Shown: positions 1 to 11,085, numbered from the stretch's first letter. The stretch is DNA of 64,000 nucleotides from Candidatus Omnitrophota bacterium (GCA_041662125.1 JBAZTA010000001.1:3118-67117); one strand, 5' to 3'. Numbers and translations: made by a program. The notes: generated by a model not told the origin, from the letters alone.

Positions 1-240
1 TATAAGTACTTGCTGTTCCCGTAGTATTATCATCTCCGGGAGAAGTCCAGCTTAAATTAATTTCTCCTCTATTTGTACCTGTGGAAGCAGCTAAATTACT
101 CACAGCCGCTGGAGCTGTGGTGTCGATTATTTCTGGAGTCTGAGTAATGTTTAAAACAGGTATTATTGAAAGATCAGAGCTATCGAGCGAAGTATTATGA
201 ACTTCAATAGCCAACAGATTATTGCCATCTTAAAAGATTT
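1..240 (-). pseudogene. Out-of-frame continuation of the 219..2795 ORF. The shifted frame reads [21 protein letters not shown]...APAAVSNLAASTGTNRGEINLSWTSPGDDNTTGTAST (FN3-like) and runs off the window start.
   Basis: Own translation of minus strand downstream of the TAA at 219-221; no stop in the shifted frame to position 1; domain continuity across the shift point. Confidence 0.45.
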
Positions 241-2795
241 AAATATGAACTTAAATCAAAATTTTCAGGAATTCCTGCTTCGTGATTAGACGTGCTCGCT
301 AAGGTATTATATGCAGGGATTCCTGAAATATATGACCGTATTACTTCGATTCCATTTATATATGCAACAAAACCATCATCGTAATCAATAGTTAAAACAA
401 GACCTGTTACTGTAGAAGCATTATTGAGATTAAATGTTTTTCTGGCATATACGCTCGCATAACTATTCTGCATATCTAAGAGTATTGTGACGTCATCACT
501 ATCACCATAGCCTATACCTGTAGCTCCCTCTAACCATAATGCATCATTAAAACTTACACCCGCCCAACTCGTACCTGGATTAGTGATACCTTTAAAATAC
601 TTCCAAGTATCTCCAACAGCAATTGCTGTATACGTACTAGGTGCTACGGTCGTAGTAAAAGTATAGTCACCAGAAACAGATTGATTAACGGCAGCATCTG
701 AGCTTAAGACACGATAATGATAAGTTGTACTCACATTGAGTCCTGTAATGTTCACAGAATGTGACGTATCCATATTTGAATCGAGCGTTGTCTGACTTCC
801 GTACGCTGCTGAGGTTCCGTATTCGACTTGAGAGCTGCTTGCTTCGTTTGTAGTCCAGGTCACGGTTGCGGCCGTGTTGGTAACACCGGATGAAGTTACA
901 CTTGAGATAACCGGGGCAGTAATATCAGGCGCGCTTATAGTAATACTTAAACTTTGAGTATCGATTGCAGTTGCAGAATCAGTAACTAAGACGCCAAAAC
1001 TAAACGCACCTTCAAGTGTCGGAGTCCCGGAAATAACGCCAGTAGAAGAATTCAAAGATAAACCAGTTGGTAAAGATCCTGACGCAATAGACCATATATA
1101 CGGTGCTGTTCCACCAGAAGCTGCCAAGGTCTGGGCATAAACAACATTACGTGTGCCATTGGCAATAGATGAAGTACTAATATTTAGCACTCCTCCAGCG
1201 TAAATTTCTGAAGGGATAGTATTACCTAAATATTCCCAGATATATTTTGTTAAAGTCTGCCCATCAGCGCAAAATCCACGGGTTACATTATTGGTTGTGG
1301 GAAGCGCCAACCCTGTTGGATTGTTTGTCGTTCTAAAGTCTGATCTAATATTATCTTCATATGGGTAAGGCCAAAGGTTATCTACAGTCAAAGTATTATA
1401 TCCGGTTTCTCCCCAAAGTGTTCCATCCAATCCATAGCGATATAGAATCGTAGCCCCTCTATTAGTTCCACCTTCACCTGTGCCATAACAAAAAGAATTC
1501 GTTTCTATCCTCGGTAAATAAAGCAGACCATTATCCGAAGTTATTGTGTGTGTTGACCCTGATGGCGTTGAAGTTATATTATACGAATTGTAATCCTGGA
1601 CATCTATCCCTCGGCTTCCTAAACCTGCAGTATCAATAATTGAGTTTTTTATTGTTGAAGTGATCCATCCACCTTCGTCTGTGGCTCTATCCCAAGCGAA
1701 ATAAGAACCTGAATCTAAATCTCCCAAAGTACAATGATTAGCTGTGGCTATAACTGCCCTTGTACCTGCATCACCGCCCTCATCCCAATAGATCCCCATC
1801 CCATCAACATCCCAAGCGATACAATCCGTTAGGGTATTTGGACCTACGTTCTGGCGATAATTATCAAGGGTATAGAACCCATTGCAACCACCAGCAGCAT
1901 TAAGATTAAGCGCAATACATCCCTGATATGCAACCGATTTTGTGAACTTAGGGGCATAAAAACCTCCATACACATCTGCCATTCCAGGACTCGCAGGATT
2001 CCAGTCAATCGCAATACAATTCTGAAAAAGGATATTGTTTACCGAACTATATTGAGAATCATCACCGCCATAAGCAGCAAAACACGCCTTAGGCTGACCA
2101 GTAGTTTTATAGTCCATCCTAACAACAACCCTGCGGATAATAATATTCGTAGTGTCAGCATAAAGATCGTTATTATCACCGATAACCAATACTCCATAAC
2201 GAATACATCCGCTTGTCCAGCTATCTTCTAGTAGAACATGATCACTCCCTCTTTGTATTACAAATGGTTCTCCATAACCGCTTGTATCTGAACCACTTCC
2301 GGCTGAAGAAATATGCGCTATTCTTTTTATCTTAATATACTGGCAATCAGACGTAGTTAAAGCACTAAAAGTATTAATGATTTTAATACCTTCTACCTGG
2401 ATATATCTTGCCGTCCCTCCTGCGCCCCATATAGCGATTGCCGCATCTCCTCCAGTAACATCCACTCCTTCCCCGTTAAAATCAATTATCGCTTTCCAAT
2501 CGTTTTCTGCCTTGACTATCGTATAATGATTTGCATCAGGACCTGATGGCGGCCTTATTTGATTACTCCAAGTCCTGGCTCCACCAGAAATGTAAGAGTA
2601 AGTTCCGTCCATCAATATCAAAGAATCGCCACCGACCATATGAGTACAACCATAATAAGGCGTTCTCCAGGGATTGACTCTTGTGCCATTACCAGTGGTA
2701 TCGCTGCCCGCCGGAGATACATAATAAGTAGCTGCAAAAGAAATCACCGGTGATAACAATAATAACATTATTATAATTAAAGTTTTTGTTTTCAT
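219..2795 (-). CDS. Secreted multidomain surface protein with signal peptide, right-handed beta-helix-like N-terminal region ([16 protein letters not shown]...), He_PIG-type putative Ig domain, FN3 domain and C-terminal ConA/LamG-like domain. Paralog A.
   Basis: 858-aa ORF; N-terminal hydrophobic signal; sequence motifs of PF05345-like and FN3 domains read from translation. Confidence 0.6.
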   Translation of the reverse strand: MKTKTLIIIMLLLLSPVISFAATYYVSPAGSDTTGNGTRVNPWRTPYYGCTHMVGGDSLILMDGTYSYISGGARTWSNQIRPPSGPDANHYTIVKAENDWKAIIDFNGEGVDVTGGDAAIAIWGAGGTARYIQVEGIKIINTFSALTTSDCQYIKIKRIAHISSAGSGSDTSGYGEPFVIQRGSDHVLLEDSWTSGCIRYGVLVIGDNNDLYADTTNIIIRRVVVRMDYKTTGQPKACFAAYGGDDSQYSSVNNILFQNCIAIDWNPASPGMADVYGGFYAPKFTKSVAYQGCIALNLNAAGGCNGFYTLDNYRQNVGPNTLTDCIAWDVDGMGIYWDEGGDAGTRAVIATANHCTLGDLDSGSYFAWDRATDEGGWITSTIKNSIIDTAGLGSRGIDVQDYNSYNITSTPSGSTHTITSDNGLLYLPRIETNSFCYGTGEGGTNRGATILYRYGLDGTLWGETGYNTLTVDNLWPYPYEDNIRSDFRTTNNPTGLALPTTNNVTRGFCADGQTLTKYIWEYLGNTIPSEIYAGGVLNISTSSIANGTRNVVYAQTLAASGGTAPYIWSIASGSLPTGLSLNSSTGVISGTPTLEGAFSFGVLVTDSATAIDTQSLSITISAPDITAPVISSVTSSGVTNTAATVTWTTNEASSSQVEYGTSAAYGSQTTLDSNMDTSHSVNITGLNVSTTYHYRVLSSDAAVNQSVSGDYTFTTTVAPSTYTAIAVGDTWKYFKGITNPGTSWAGVSFNDALWLEGATGIGYGDSDDVTILLDMQNSYASVYARKTFNLNNASTVTGLVLTIDYDDGFVAYINGIEVIRSYISGIPAYNTLASTSNHEAGIPENFDLSSYLNLLRWQ

Positions 2796-3030
2796 AGCTA
2801 TTTAAACACTTGTTTTATAATTCGTTTTTTAAAACACTCAATTTCAATTCAAATATAACACAAAAAATAACTCTTGTCAACTTTATATTGAATTTTATTA
2901 AACATGTTAATTATAGTATATAACTATAACCATAATAATTGGTTACAACTGAGCATTTAAACTAGGAAAGGTTAGCTTGTAATTTTTAATTTTACAAGTT
3001 CTAACAACTTTGTGATTTGAGTGGTAATTT

Positions 3031-5214
3031 CTATGATGAGACGATTTTCTTAATAATAAGCACAGTTGGCTTAAGCGCAGCTCTGATCACTACCTCAATC
3101 CACATCTTATCCGTGATAACGCTCGCAACAGACGGACTCCATCTATAATACCAATTAACAAACTTTTTCCCCCATTCGTTTTTCAACAAATATGAATCCC
3201 TGAATTTCCTTAGAATTTTAACTTCAGAAGCATCATAAGAACCATATACAGCGGTCGCTATAAAACATCCGCCGCCGCCCCCTCCTCCTCCGCTGTCGGT
3301 TGAACCGGAAGAATTAGTCCCCGTGTTGGCAAATGCCTCATTGGAATACAGAGAATTTGAGCTACCGCTATACGCACGTACACGGTAATAATATGTAGTG
3401 CTGCTATTTAATCCCGTATCGCTGTATGAAGTCACGTTCTGACCGAGATCGGCTATTTGACTATAGATGCCTAACGACCCCTCTTTTCTTTCCAGTTTAA
3501 AACCCTCCTCAATACCGGAATTATCGGCCCAAGACAGATTAATTGCGCTTATTGATACTACGCTCGCAGTCAAAATAGATGGAGCAGCAATAACATATAT
3601 CTCTGCTGGGATGGTATTACCTAAATACTCCCAAATGTATTTTGTAAGTGTAGTCCCATTAACGCAAAAACCTCTGGTTGTATCATTAGTTTGCGGAAAA
3701 GTACCGGCTCCTTTAGGGGCATTCACTGTTCTAAAATCACTCCTAATCTGGTCTTCATACGGATAAGGCCACAGAGAAGTACCCGTAAGTGTAGCATAAT
3801 CAATTTCTCCCCAAAGCGTGCCATCTACACCATACTTGTAGAAAATGTTTGCTCCGATATCCTTACCTCCCTCACCTGTTCCCTTACAATTAGAACCTGT
3901 CTCAATCCTACAAAGATAAAGAAGCCCATTGTCTGTCGTGATAGAATTTGTCGCTCCTGCCGGCATTGCTACGATATTATAACAATTATATTTTTCTGTA
4001 TCTATATGCGTGTCATTTAAAGCTGAAGTATCTATAATGGAATTTAATAAAGTTGAATTTATCCAATCGCCATTCTGATAATCCCTGTCCCAGGCGTAAC
4101 GCTCACCCGCTGTAAGAGCGCCGATAGTACATTGGTCAGCGGTAGCGGTTACTGATCTTACTCCCGCCTCTCCTCCTCTATCCCAATAAATACCCATACC
4201 TTTGACATCCCAAGCTATACAATCGGCCATTGATGTGGGGCCTATATTTTGGCGATAATTATCAAGCACATAAAACCCATTACAAGTTCCATCTCCGGGT
4301 TTAAGGTTTAAAGCGATGCATCCCTGAAAAGTCACCTGCTTAGTGAATTTGGGGCAGTAATACCCACCATATATATCTGTCATCCCACTCCCCGGGTTCC
4401 AGTCTATAGCAATACAATTCTGAAAAACAATGTTATCAACACTCCCACAATCGGAATCATTGCCTCCATAAGCAGAAAAACATGCCTTTGGCTGACCGGG
4501 AAATTTATAGTCCATACGGATTACTACTCGCCTTACGATTACATGTGTTGTGTCAGAACCACCACTATTCCCATTATCTCCTATAACCAATACTCCATAA
4601 CGAATACAACCACTCGACCAGCTATCTTCCAGTAAAACATAATGGCTATTCCTTGCGATTATAAATGACTCTCCATACCCACTATCATCTGTTCCGCTCG
4701 CAGGAGAAGCTATAATTGCAAGCCTTTTTAGTTTTATGTGGTCACAATCACGCGTATAAACCGCAGTTGTTCCATTAATGACTTTTATACCTTCAACCTG
4801 GATATACTGCTTTGTCTGTCCTGATTCATAAATACGTATCGGCTCATCTCCATCGCTAATAGAACCGCAGCCAGACCAATCAATAATGGCTTGCCAATCA
4901 TTTTCAGCTTTGACAATTGTATAGTTACCTGCCGTGCCATTTGGCGGTCTGATTTGATTATCACAGCCAAGTTGAGTTGGAGTCGTATCAACATAAGTTC
5001 CATTTTTCAAGATTAACGTGTCACCTCCCGCCATTTGAGTACAGGCATAGCGAGGAGTTGCCCAAGGAGTAGGGTTTGAGCCGTTCCCAGTAGTATCACT
5101 GCCAGTAGGTGCAACATAATAAGTCGCTGCAAAGCTATTATGCGCAAAAAAGAAAATGAACAACAAGAAGAAAGTTAAATTAATAAGATTCTGAGCGTTA
5201 AACCTTTTAAACAT
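3031..5214 (-). CDS. Secreted beta-helix/FN3 surface protein, paralog B. It ends in a Gly8 run followed by CFIATAVYGS and an ~70-aa basic/aromatic tail.
   Basis: 727-aa ORF; N-terminal ~520 aa align with paralog A; FN3 segment (YYYRVRAYS); unusual C-terminal tail. Confidence 0.6.
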   Translation of the reverse strand: MFKRFNAQNLINLTFFLLFIFFFAHNSFAATYYVAPTGSDTTGNGSNPTPWATPRYACTQMAGGDTLILKNGTYVDTTPTQLGCDNQIRPPNGTAGNYTIVKAENDWQAIIDWSGCGSISDGDEPIRIYESGQTKQYIQVEGIKVINGTTAVYTRDCDHIKLKRLAIIASPASGTDDSGYGESFIIARNSHYVLLEDSWSSGCIRYGVLVIGDNGNSGGSDTTHVIVRRVVIRMDYKFPGQPKACFSAYGGNDSDCGSVDNIVFQNCIAIDWNPGSGMTDIYGGYYCPKFTKQVTFQGCIALNLKPGDGTCNGFYVLDNYRQNIGPTSMADCIAWDVKGMGIYWDRGGEAGVRSVTATADQCTIGALTAGERYAWDRDYQNGDWINSTLLNSIIDTSALNDTHIDTEKYNCYNIVAMPAGATNSITTDNGLLYLCRIETGSNCKGTGEGGKDIGANIFYKYGVDGTLWGEIDYATLTGTSLWPYPYEDQIRSDFRTVNAPKGAGTFPQTNDTTRGFCVNGTTLTKYIWEYLGNTIPAEIYVIAAPSILTASVVSISAINLSWADNSGIEEGFKLERKEGSLGIYSQIADLGQNVTSYSDTGLNSSTTYYYRVRAYSGSSNSLYSNEAFANTGTNSSGSTDSGGGGGGGGCFIATAVYGSYDASEVKILRKFRDSYLLKNEWGKKFVNWYYRWSPSVASVITDKMWIEVVIRAALKPTVLIIKKIVSS

Positions 5215-5252
5215 CTTTACTCTTTTTTAGAAATTATCATTACATTCTCTAT

Positions 5253-6434
5253 TTACCGACAAAACCCTTTATTACTCCGTGTTTCCTCAATAATATTTAA
5301 AATCTTTTGCGCAATATCATGCCAATTATATTGTGTTTTTGTTATGCTATAACCTTTTTCTATATATTCCGCCACTAAATCTCCGCCAAAGATTATTTTC
5401 TTTATTTCACCCACTAATTCGTCTTCGGTATCCGCATAAAAGAGAAAACCAGTATCAATATTCTTCACCTCATCCAACCTCGTACTGATGACTGGCTTCT
5501 TCATAGAAAGATACTCGAATAATTTAATCGGGCAGGCACCGTGTGAAATCGGAATCTTTTTAAAAACATTTAAACAAATATCCATCGCATCAATATGTTT
5601 TATCACTTCAGCATGCGGTAGGCCTCCGGTCAAGATAATATTTTTTAACTTTTTTGTTTCAATTGAATTCTTCACTTTTTGATATTCTCTGCCAGTGCCT
5701 ACTAACAAAAAAGTATATTGAGTTAATCTTTCAGCAGTATTAAGTATTAACTCAAAGTCAATAAAATACTCAAAAGCGCCAATAAAACCAACAATTGGCT
5801 TTCTTAGTTTCTCTCTTATTGCTTGCCCACTCCCCCAAGAAGATTCTTTAATATTAACCCCGTTGGGAATTACATAGATTTTATTGCCGTTTACAGCTAT
5901 GGAGTCAGCTAATACTTGAGATACTGCAAAGGTAAGATCCGATTTCTTAATCATTTCATTTAGAATTCTATTGCCGATTTTAAAAATTAAAGGATTACTG
6001 AATTTTCCTAATTCATGCTTTAACATTGCATTATAATCATCAGCGAAATCAAAAATCTTCAGGCAAGAGCTAAACTTAAGCAAAGGATATTGAGGTATAT
6101 TATAAAGAAATAGCACATCGATATTATATCTTTTAATTATTTCTTTGACTTTTTTAACAGATTTAAAACTATAATAACCTTTTTTAATAAGCTTATTGAG
6201 CGGAAGTTGTTGATTCCATATATACGAATTAATTTCAACCTCGTGCAAATGCAGATTTTCTGGTAAATCAATTTTTATTTCCTGGAAATTAGTTTCTATT
6301 GATTTCTGAGGAGGAGACTGAATCACGTGAACTTCATGGCCTAATTCCGCTAACAAAGTAAAAATCTGATGATATCTCGTCCAATTAACTGCCTTCCACC
6401 TCGCCATATAGGGAAATAAGAAATTCATTTTCAA
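5253..6434 (-). CDS. Glycosyltransferase family 4 (GT-B, group 1)
   Basis: 393 aa; C-terminal E-x7-E-type motif KLFEYLSMKKPVIST. Confidence 0.6.
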   Translation of the reverse strand: MKMNFLFPYMARWKAVNWTRYHQIFTLLAELGHEVHVIQSPPQKSIETNFQEIKIDLPENLHLHEVEINSYIWNQQLPLNKLIKKGYYSFKSVKKVKEIIKRYNIDVLFLYNIPQYPLLKFSSCLKIFDFADDYNAMLKHELGKFSNPLIFKIGNRILNEMIKKSDLTFAVSQVLADSIAVNGNKIYVIPNGVNIKESSWGSGQAIREKLRKPIVGFIGAFEYFIDFELILNTAERLTQYTFLLVGTGREYQKVKNSIETKKLKNIILTGGLPHAEVIKHIDAMDICLNVFKKIPISHGACPIKLFEYLSMKKPVISTRLDEVKNIDTGFLFYADTEDELVGEIKKIIFGGDLVAEYIEKGYSITKTQYNWHDIAQKILNIIEETRSNKGFCR

Positions 6435-7549
6435 TCCTTTTTAAATTCTTTCAAGATTACGCTTACAATTCTTTTAGCGGCTTTTCCATCGCCATAAGGA
6501 CTTATTGATTTTGACATTTTATTATATTCGCGAATGTCAGAAATTAATAATTGTACTTGTTTAATTATATTGGCCTTATCAACTCCTACAAGCTTAGCTA
6601 CCCCTGCTTTTACTCCTTCTGGTCTTTCGGTCTCCGCTCTCATCACCAAAACCGGTTTACCAAATGTAGGAGCTTCTTCTTGTATACCCCCAGAATCAGT
6701 AAGCACAAGATAAGATTGCTTTAAAAGAAAAACTAGCGTTTGATAATCAATAGGACGGATGAGATGGATACGCTTAATTCCAGAAAGTAATCTATACACT
6801 ACACCCTTAACATTAGGATTAAGATGGACAGGATATACCACTTCTATATCAGGATTATTTTGTACAATTGATTTTATCGCAAGGCATATATTCTCAAGTG
6901 GTAACCCAAAATTCTCTCTTCTATGCGCAGTAACTAAGATTAACCTGCTTTTTACAGGAATGCATAAATTGAAAGCCGATTTAAACTTTCTCTTAGCGAT
7001 AAGTTTGAGAGCATCTACTACAGTATTTCCCGTAAGAAAAATGTTGTCTTTAGGAATGCCTTCTTTTATCAACTCTTTGAACGAACTATTTGTAGGTGCA
7101 AAGTGATGGGTAGCCAATACACTTATTATCCTGCGATTTATTTCTTCCGGAAACGGATTATATCTATCTTTAGTGCGTAACCCGGCCTCAACGTGTCCAA
7201 TGGGAATCCTTTTATAAAAAGCGGCTAATGCCCCTACCATAGCAGTTGTCGTATCACCTTGAACTAAGATTAAATCAGGTTTTACCTTTTCTAAAGTTTT
7301 AGTTAATTCTCTAAGCGCATTTGAGGTCAAAGAATCAAGGGTTTGATTTTCTTGCATCAGGTTCAAATCAACATCAGGCCTAATATTGAAAAGTTTTAAG
7401 ACCTGATCCAGCATTTCCCTATGCTGCGAAGTTACACAAACAATGGTCTTAAATCGTTTAGGATATTTCAAAAATTCCTTCACAACCGGAGCCATTTTAA
7501 TCGCTTCAGGCCTGGTGCCAAAAATAATCATTACCTTTAACCGATTCAT
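6431..7549 (-). CDS. wecB: UDP-N-acetylglucosamine 2-epimerase (non-hydrolysing)
   Basis: 372 aa; N-terminus MIIFGTRPEAIKMAPV typical of WecB/MnaA family. Confidence 0.8.
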   Translation of the reverse strand: MNRLKVMIIFGTRPEAIKMAPVVKEFLKYPKRFKTIVCVTSQHREMLDQVLKLFNIRPDVDLNLMQENQTLDSLTSNALRELTKTLEKVKPDLILVQGDTTTAMVGALAAFYKRIPIGHVEAGLRTKDRYNPFPEEINRRIISVLATHHFAPTNSSFKELIKEGIPKDNIFLTGNTVVDALKLIAKRKFKSAFNLCIPVKSRLILVTAHRRENFGLPLENICLAIKSIVQNNPDIEVVYPVHLNPNVKGVVYRLLSGIKRIHLIRPIDYQTLVFLLKQSYLVLTDSGGIQEEAPTFGKPVLVMRAETERPEGVKAGVAKLVGVDKANIIKQVQLLISDIREYNKMSKSISPYGDGKAAKRIVSVILKEFKKD

Positions 7550-8493
7550 GAGTGCTCCCTTTCTGTTGCCTTCTCGTGCCCTTCAATTATATCCTTATAG
7601 GTAGCAACAAGCATCTCAGGCTCTTTCTCATTAATAAAATCCAAAATACTGCCGAATTTATTCATTTTTAACACATCAAAAGGGTCAATGTAGATATTAA
7701 TATATGAATTGGTAGAAATGCCCAATTCAACCAGCTCTTTAAAAAGATTTATATATTCTTCCTCAGTGCTATGGATCATCCTATAGAACAATCTCTTTGA
7801 ATTGAAAGAATGCCACGTATCAAAAACAGTAAACGGATGCTTCGGACAGGTAGTCAATGGAAATTCCCAAATCTCCTCCTTTGCCATAAAAGGCATGCCG
7901 TGGCTATAGGTATTAGTCAATAAAGTCGAAGATGAATATTTATATCCCAGATCCTTCAATATTCCGTAAATTTCGACAGAAAAAAGGTTCTTGAAATGCG
8001 GAATTCTGCACCCAACAGGAGAATACCCTAGGATGTCTTTACAAACATCATGACATTTTTCAATTTCTGCTTTTTTCTCTTCCCTACATATCAGCTTAAA
8101 TTTTCTCCCTGGGCTTAGGATCTCATTATCCGGATGAGAAAAAGTATGATTCACTATTTCATGTCCGTAATCTAAAATCATTTTATGCTCTCCCGGATAT
8201 TTCTCAATCCAATGGCCAACACAAGCAAAGCTAGTCTTGAAATTATATTTCTTTAATAGCTTGAGGACATCCGGCATAGCTTCCACATCTCTAGGGTAAT
8301 CGCAGTCAAAAGAAATAGTCAAGCAGGATTTTTTGCCTTTCCATGAATTTTGTCTGCCCTTGTTGTTCTCCAAGCTTTTCTTAAGAAAATACCTGGGACA
8401 CAAAGAAGTTATTAACCCAGCTAACAGAATATTACTACTATGATCATTGATCGTTTTGATTATATTTTTTGTCATTATTGATTCATCCCGCAA
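7546..8493 (-). CDS. Polysaccharide deacetylase (CE4/NodB family)
   Basis: NodB motifs SFDCD, HEIVNHTFSHP and CRIPHF read from translation. Confidence 0.65.
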   Translation of the reverse strand: MRDESIMTKNIIKTINDHSSNILLAGLITSLCPRYFLKKSLENNKGRQNSWKGKKSCLTISFDCDYPRDVEAMPDVLKLLKKYNFKTSFACVGHWIEKYPGEHKMILDYGHEIVNHTFSHPDNEILSPGRKFKLICREEKKAEIEKCHDVCKDILGYSPVGCRIPHFKNLFSVEIYGILKDLGYKYSSSTLLTNTYSHGMPFMAKEEIWEFPLTTCPKHPFTVFDTWHSFNSKRLFYRMIHSTEEEYINLFKELVELGISTNSYINIYIDPFDVLKMNKFGSILDFINEKEPEMLVATYKDIIEGHEKATEREHS

Positions 8494-8523
8494 TAAATCC
8501 GGGATCCCGTAAAATTACTTTTA

Positions 8524-9876
8524 TTACCAGCAGATACCATCATACTCCCTATTCTTACCTTTGTTTTCACAGATTCTTACCAAATCAATGATATTCTGTT
8601 CGGGTTTTACTAACTCAAGAATATTCTTAAACTCAGATGCCGAGTTTCCGATGATTATGGTCTCGGCGTGGTTAATTATATCGCTAATACTATCCACCAT
8701 CAACCTAGAAATATGCGGAATAGTATTAAGGATAAAATCGCGGTTAGCTCCGATAAGACTTGAAAGTTTCACATTATTGTCATAAATCTTGACTTCATAA
8801 CCTTTTCCTATAAGCCGCTCGATCAATTCGACCACCGGGCTTTCGCGCAGATCATCAGTACCAGCTTTGAAACTGAACCCCAGAACCCCAATCTTCTTCT
8901 TTCCCTTTGCCATAACCATGTTCAATCCCCGATCAACCTGAAGCTCATTACTAATAAGGATACTGTTAAGAATCGGTAGGTTCAAGTCAAGGCTACGTGC
9001 TTTATAGGTCAAAGCCCGTAGATCTTTAGGAAGACAAGACCCGCCGAAAGCAAACCCTGGTTTCATATAGTAGGGTGATATATTTAGTTTTGTATCTTGG
9101 CAGAAAATATTCATAACTGTATGGCTGTCGATATCGAGCTCCTTACAGATATTGCCGATCTCATTGGCAAAACCGACCTTTAAACCATGCCATACGTTAT
9201 CAACGTATTTAATCATTTCCGCGACTTCTACCTGGGAACGGATAAGCGGGGCTTTAAGTTTTTCATAGATCAAAGCTATGAGGTCGCCGCTTTCCTTGTC
9301 AATCTCGCCAATCACGATCTTAGGAGGGTTGTAATAATCATAGACAGCAGTTCCTTCGCGTAAAAATTCCGGATTAGAACAAACGCCGAAATCTTTGCCA
9401 ACAGTCTTACCGGAAGCTTCTTCTAAAGCCGGTATGACTAGATTACGCATAGTACCCGGTAAACAAGTGCTTCTAATGACTACCACGTGGCGATTGCTTT
9501 TGTTTTTTATGGCTTTACCGATTTCCTCGCAGACCTTTCGAATATGCTTCAGATCCAAGTTGCCGTTCAATTGGCTGGGAGTACCCACACAAACAAAAGA
9601 AATATCGGTTTTAGCTATCACTTCCTCAGTGTTAGTGGTAGCGATTAAACGACCGGCTTTTACATTCTTAGAAATAAGCTCTCCTATATCCTTCTCAATG
9701 ATAGGAGAACATCCCTGATTAATTGCATCAACTTTGCCTTTTGCCGGATCAACGCCTAAGACAGTATGGCCATCTTCAGCCAAGCAAGCCGCAGAAACCG
9801 CTCCAACATAACCGATACCAAAAATACTTATTTTCATTTCCACTCCTTTTTTTATAGAATTATCCGCAATATTCAA
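8524..9876 (-). CDS. Nucleotide-sugar dehydrogenase (UDP-glucose/GDP-mannose dehydrogenase family; possibly UDP-ManNAc dehydrogenase WecC-like given adjacent wecB)
   Basis: 450 aa; N-terminal Rossmann GIGYVGAVSAACLA; family-typical catalytic Cys region GGSCLPKD. Confidence 0.75.
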   Translation of the reverse strand: MNIADNSIKKGVEMKISIFGIGYVGAVSAACLAEDGHTVLGVDPAKGKVDAINQGCSPIIEKDIGELISKNVKAGRLIATTNTEEVIAKTDISFVCVGTPSQLNGNLDLKHIRKVCEEIGKAIKNKSNRHVVVIRSTCLPGTMRNLVIPALEEASGKTVGKDFGVCSNPEFLREGTAVYDYYNPPKIVIGEIDKESGDLIALIYEKLKAPLIRSQVEVAEMIKYVDNVWHGLKVGFANEIGNICKELDIDSHTVMNIFCQDTKLNISPYYMKPGFAFGGSCLPKDLRALTYKARSLDLNLPILNSILISNELQVDRGLNMVMAKGKKKIGVLGFSFKAGTDDLRESPVVELIERLIGKGYEVKIYDNNVKLSSLIGANRDFILNTIPHISRLMVDSISDIINHAETIIIGNSASEFKNILELVKPEQNIIDLVRICENKGKNREYDGICW

Positions 9877-11065
9877 TTAAAATTTTTTCAAAATTCTTAG
9901 TCACTGCCTTCCACTCATAATTTTCCACAACATGCTGTCTAGCGGCTACTCCGATAGTTTTGCGCCTGACAGGATCTTTAAAAAGCCTAATGATCTCTTC
10001 GGCGAATAACTCGTCAGTATCTGCGATTACGATATTTTTATTATTTTCATACTGCAAACCTTCTGCACCGATCGTCGTTGATACAATCGCTTTTTCCATG
10101 GACATCGCCTCAAATACCTTAAGCCTGGTACCGCCACCAACTCTTAAAGGAACAATGTATATCTGAGCGCGATCGATATAAGGCAGAACATCGTCAACGC
10201 TACCAGTGATCTCTACTGAAGAATCAATATTCTTCAATTCCTTCACTTCAGCAGTAGGTAGCCGGCCGACAACTGTCAAATTAACCTGAGGCACAACACT
10301 TTTAACCTTAGGGTAGATCGACTTAACAAAATAAACCATGGCGTCCTCGTTAGGAAGCCAATCCATAGATCCGGTAAATACCAGATTGTAAGATTTTTCT
10401 CCTCCACCGATAGGGCTATAAGCTGTTGTATCTACTCCAGTAGAAATCACAGAAGCATACTTTGCTCCGAAATCCAGAAGCTTCTTCTTGTCACCTTCAG
10501 ATACGGCAATAAAAGCTTTGAACTTTAAGCAGCAGTTTTTTTCATACTTCAACACCTTCAACCATTGCAGAAATAAATACGCTTTTTCGAACAGGTTATT
10601 TCTAACCTTGTAATGCCTTTGCCAGATCATAGATTCGATATTATGTTCAAACAGCACTGTCCTATTCCAGTATCTTTCAGGTATCAATGCTGTAGAAGAT
10701 AAATAATCGCAAACGATTATATCAAAGTCTCCGATATCAATAGTTGAGCTTACTAACTTCCGCATTACAACATCACAATACTTGCTAATAATGTAAGGAC
10801 GGCTGGAAAAAAAATTTAAGAACAGCCTTAGGAAAAAGAAACCTGTGAATTTCTTTTCCATCTTCTTTTTTATGAAAATAAACTTGGAACTGCAATTCTT
10901 CATAAGTTCTACCAGCTCTTTTTCCGCCAAGTAAGCATCATCCAGATAACTTAAATAAGTTATGGAGTGTTCCTTATTCATGTTCTTTAATAAATTGCAG
11001 GTGCGGATATTACCCCCTTTATTTAAAGGATACGGCACCGTCATACTCACCCAAAGTATCTTCAT
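9860..11065 (-). CDS. Glycosyltransferase family 4
   Basis: 401 aa; motif KVFEAMSMEKAIVSTTIGAEG. Confidence 0.6.
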   Translation of the reverse strand: MKILWVSMTVPYPLNKGGNIRTCNLLKNMNKEHSITYLSYLDDAYLAEKELVELMKNCSSKFIFIKKKMEKKFTGFFFLRLFLNFFSSRPYIISKYCDVVMRKLVSSTIDIGDFDIIVCDYLSSTALIPERYWNRTVLFEHNIESMIWQRHYKVRNNLFEKAYLFLQWLKVLKYEKNCCLKFKAFIAVSEGDKKKLLDFGAKYASVISTGVDTTAYSPIGGGEKSYNLVFTGSMDWLPNEDAMVYFVKSIYPKVKSVVPQVNLTVVGRLPTAEVKELKNIDSSVEITGSVDDVLPYIDRAQIYIVPLRVGGGTRLKVFEAMSMEKAIVSTTIGAEGLQYENNKNIVIADTDELFAEEIIRLFKDPVRRKTIGVAARQHVVENYEWKAVTKNFEKILIEYCG

Positions 11066-11085
11066 ATCGAATTTTACTGCCTTTC

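Noticed and set aside
2977-2998. Inverted repeat CTTGTAA-N8-TTACAAG just downstream of paralog B stop
   Set aside because: AT-rich 7-bp stem with no following U-run on the transcribed strand. It is too weak to call a terminator or operator with confidence.
3240-3300. GC-rich run ccgccgccgccccctcctcctcc as a possible G-quadruplex/regulatory element
   Set aside because: It is simply the codon run for the Gly8 linker preceding the CFIATAVYGS box, inside the coding region.
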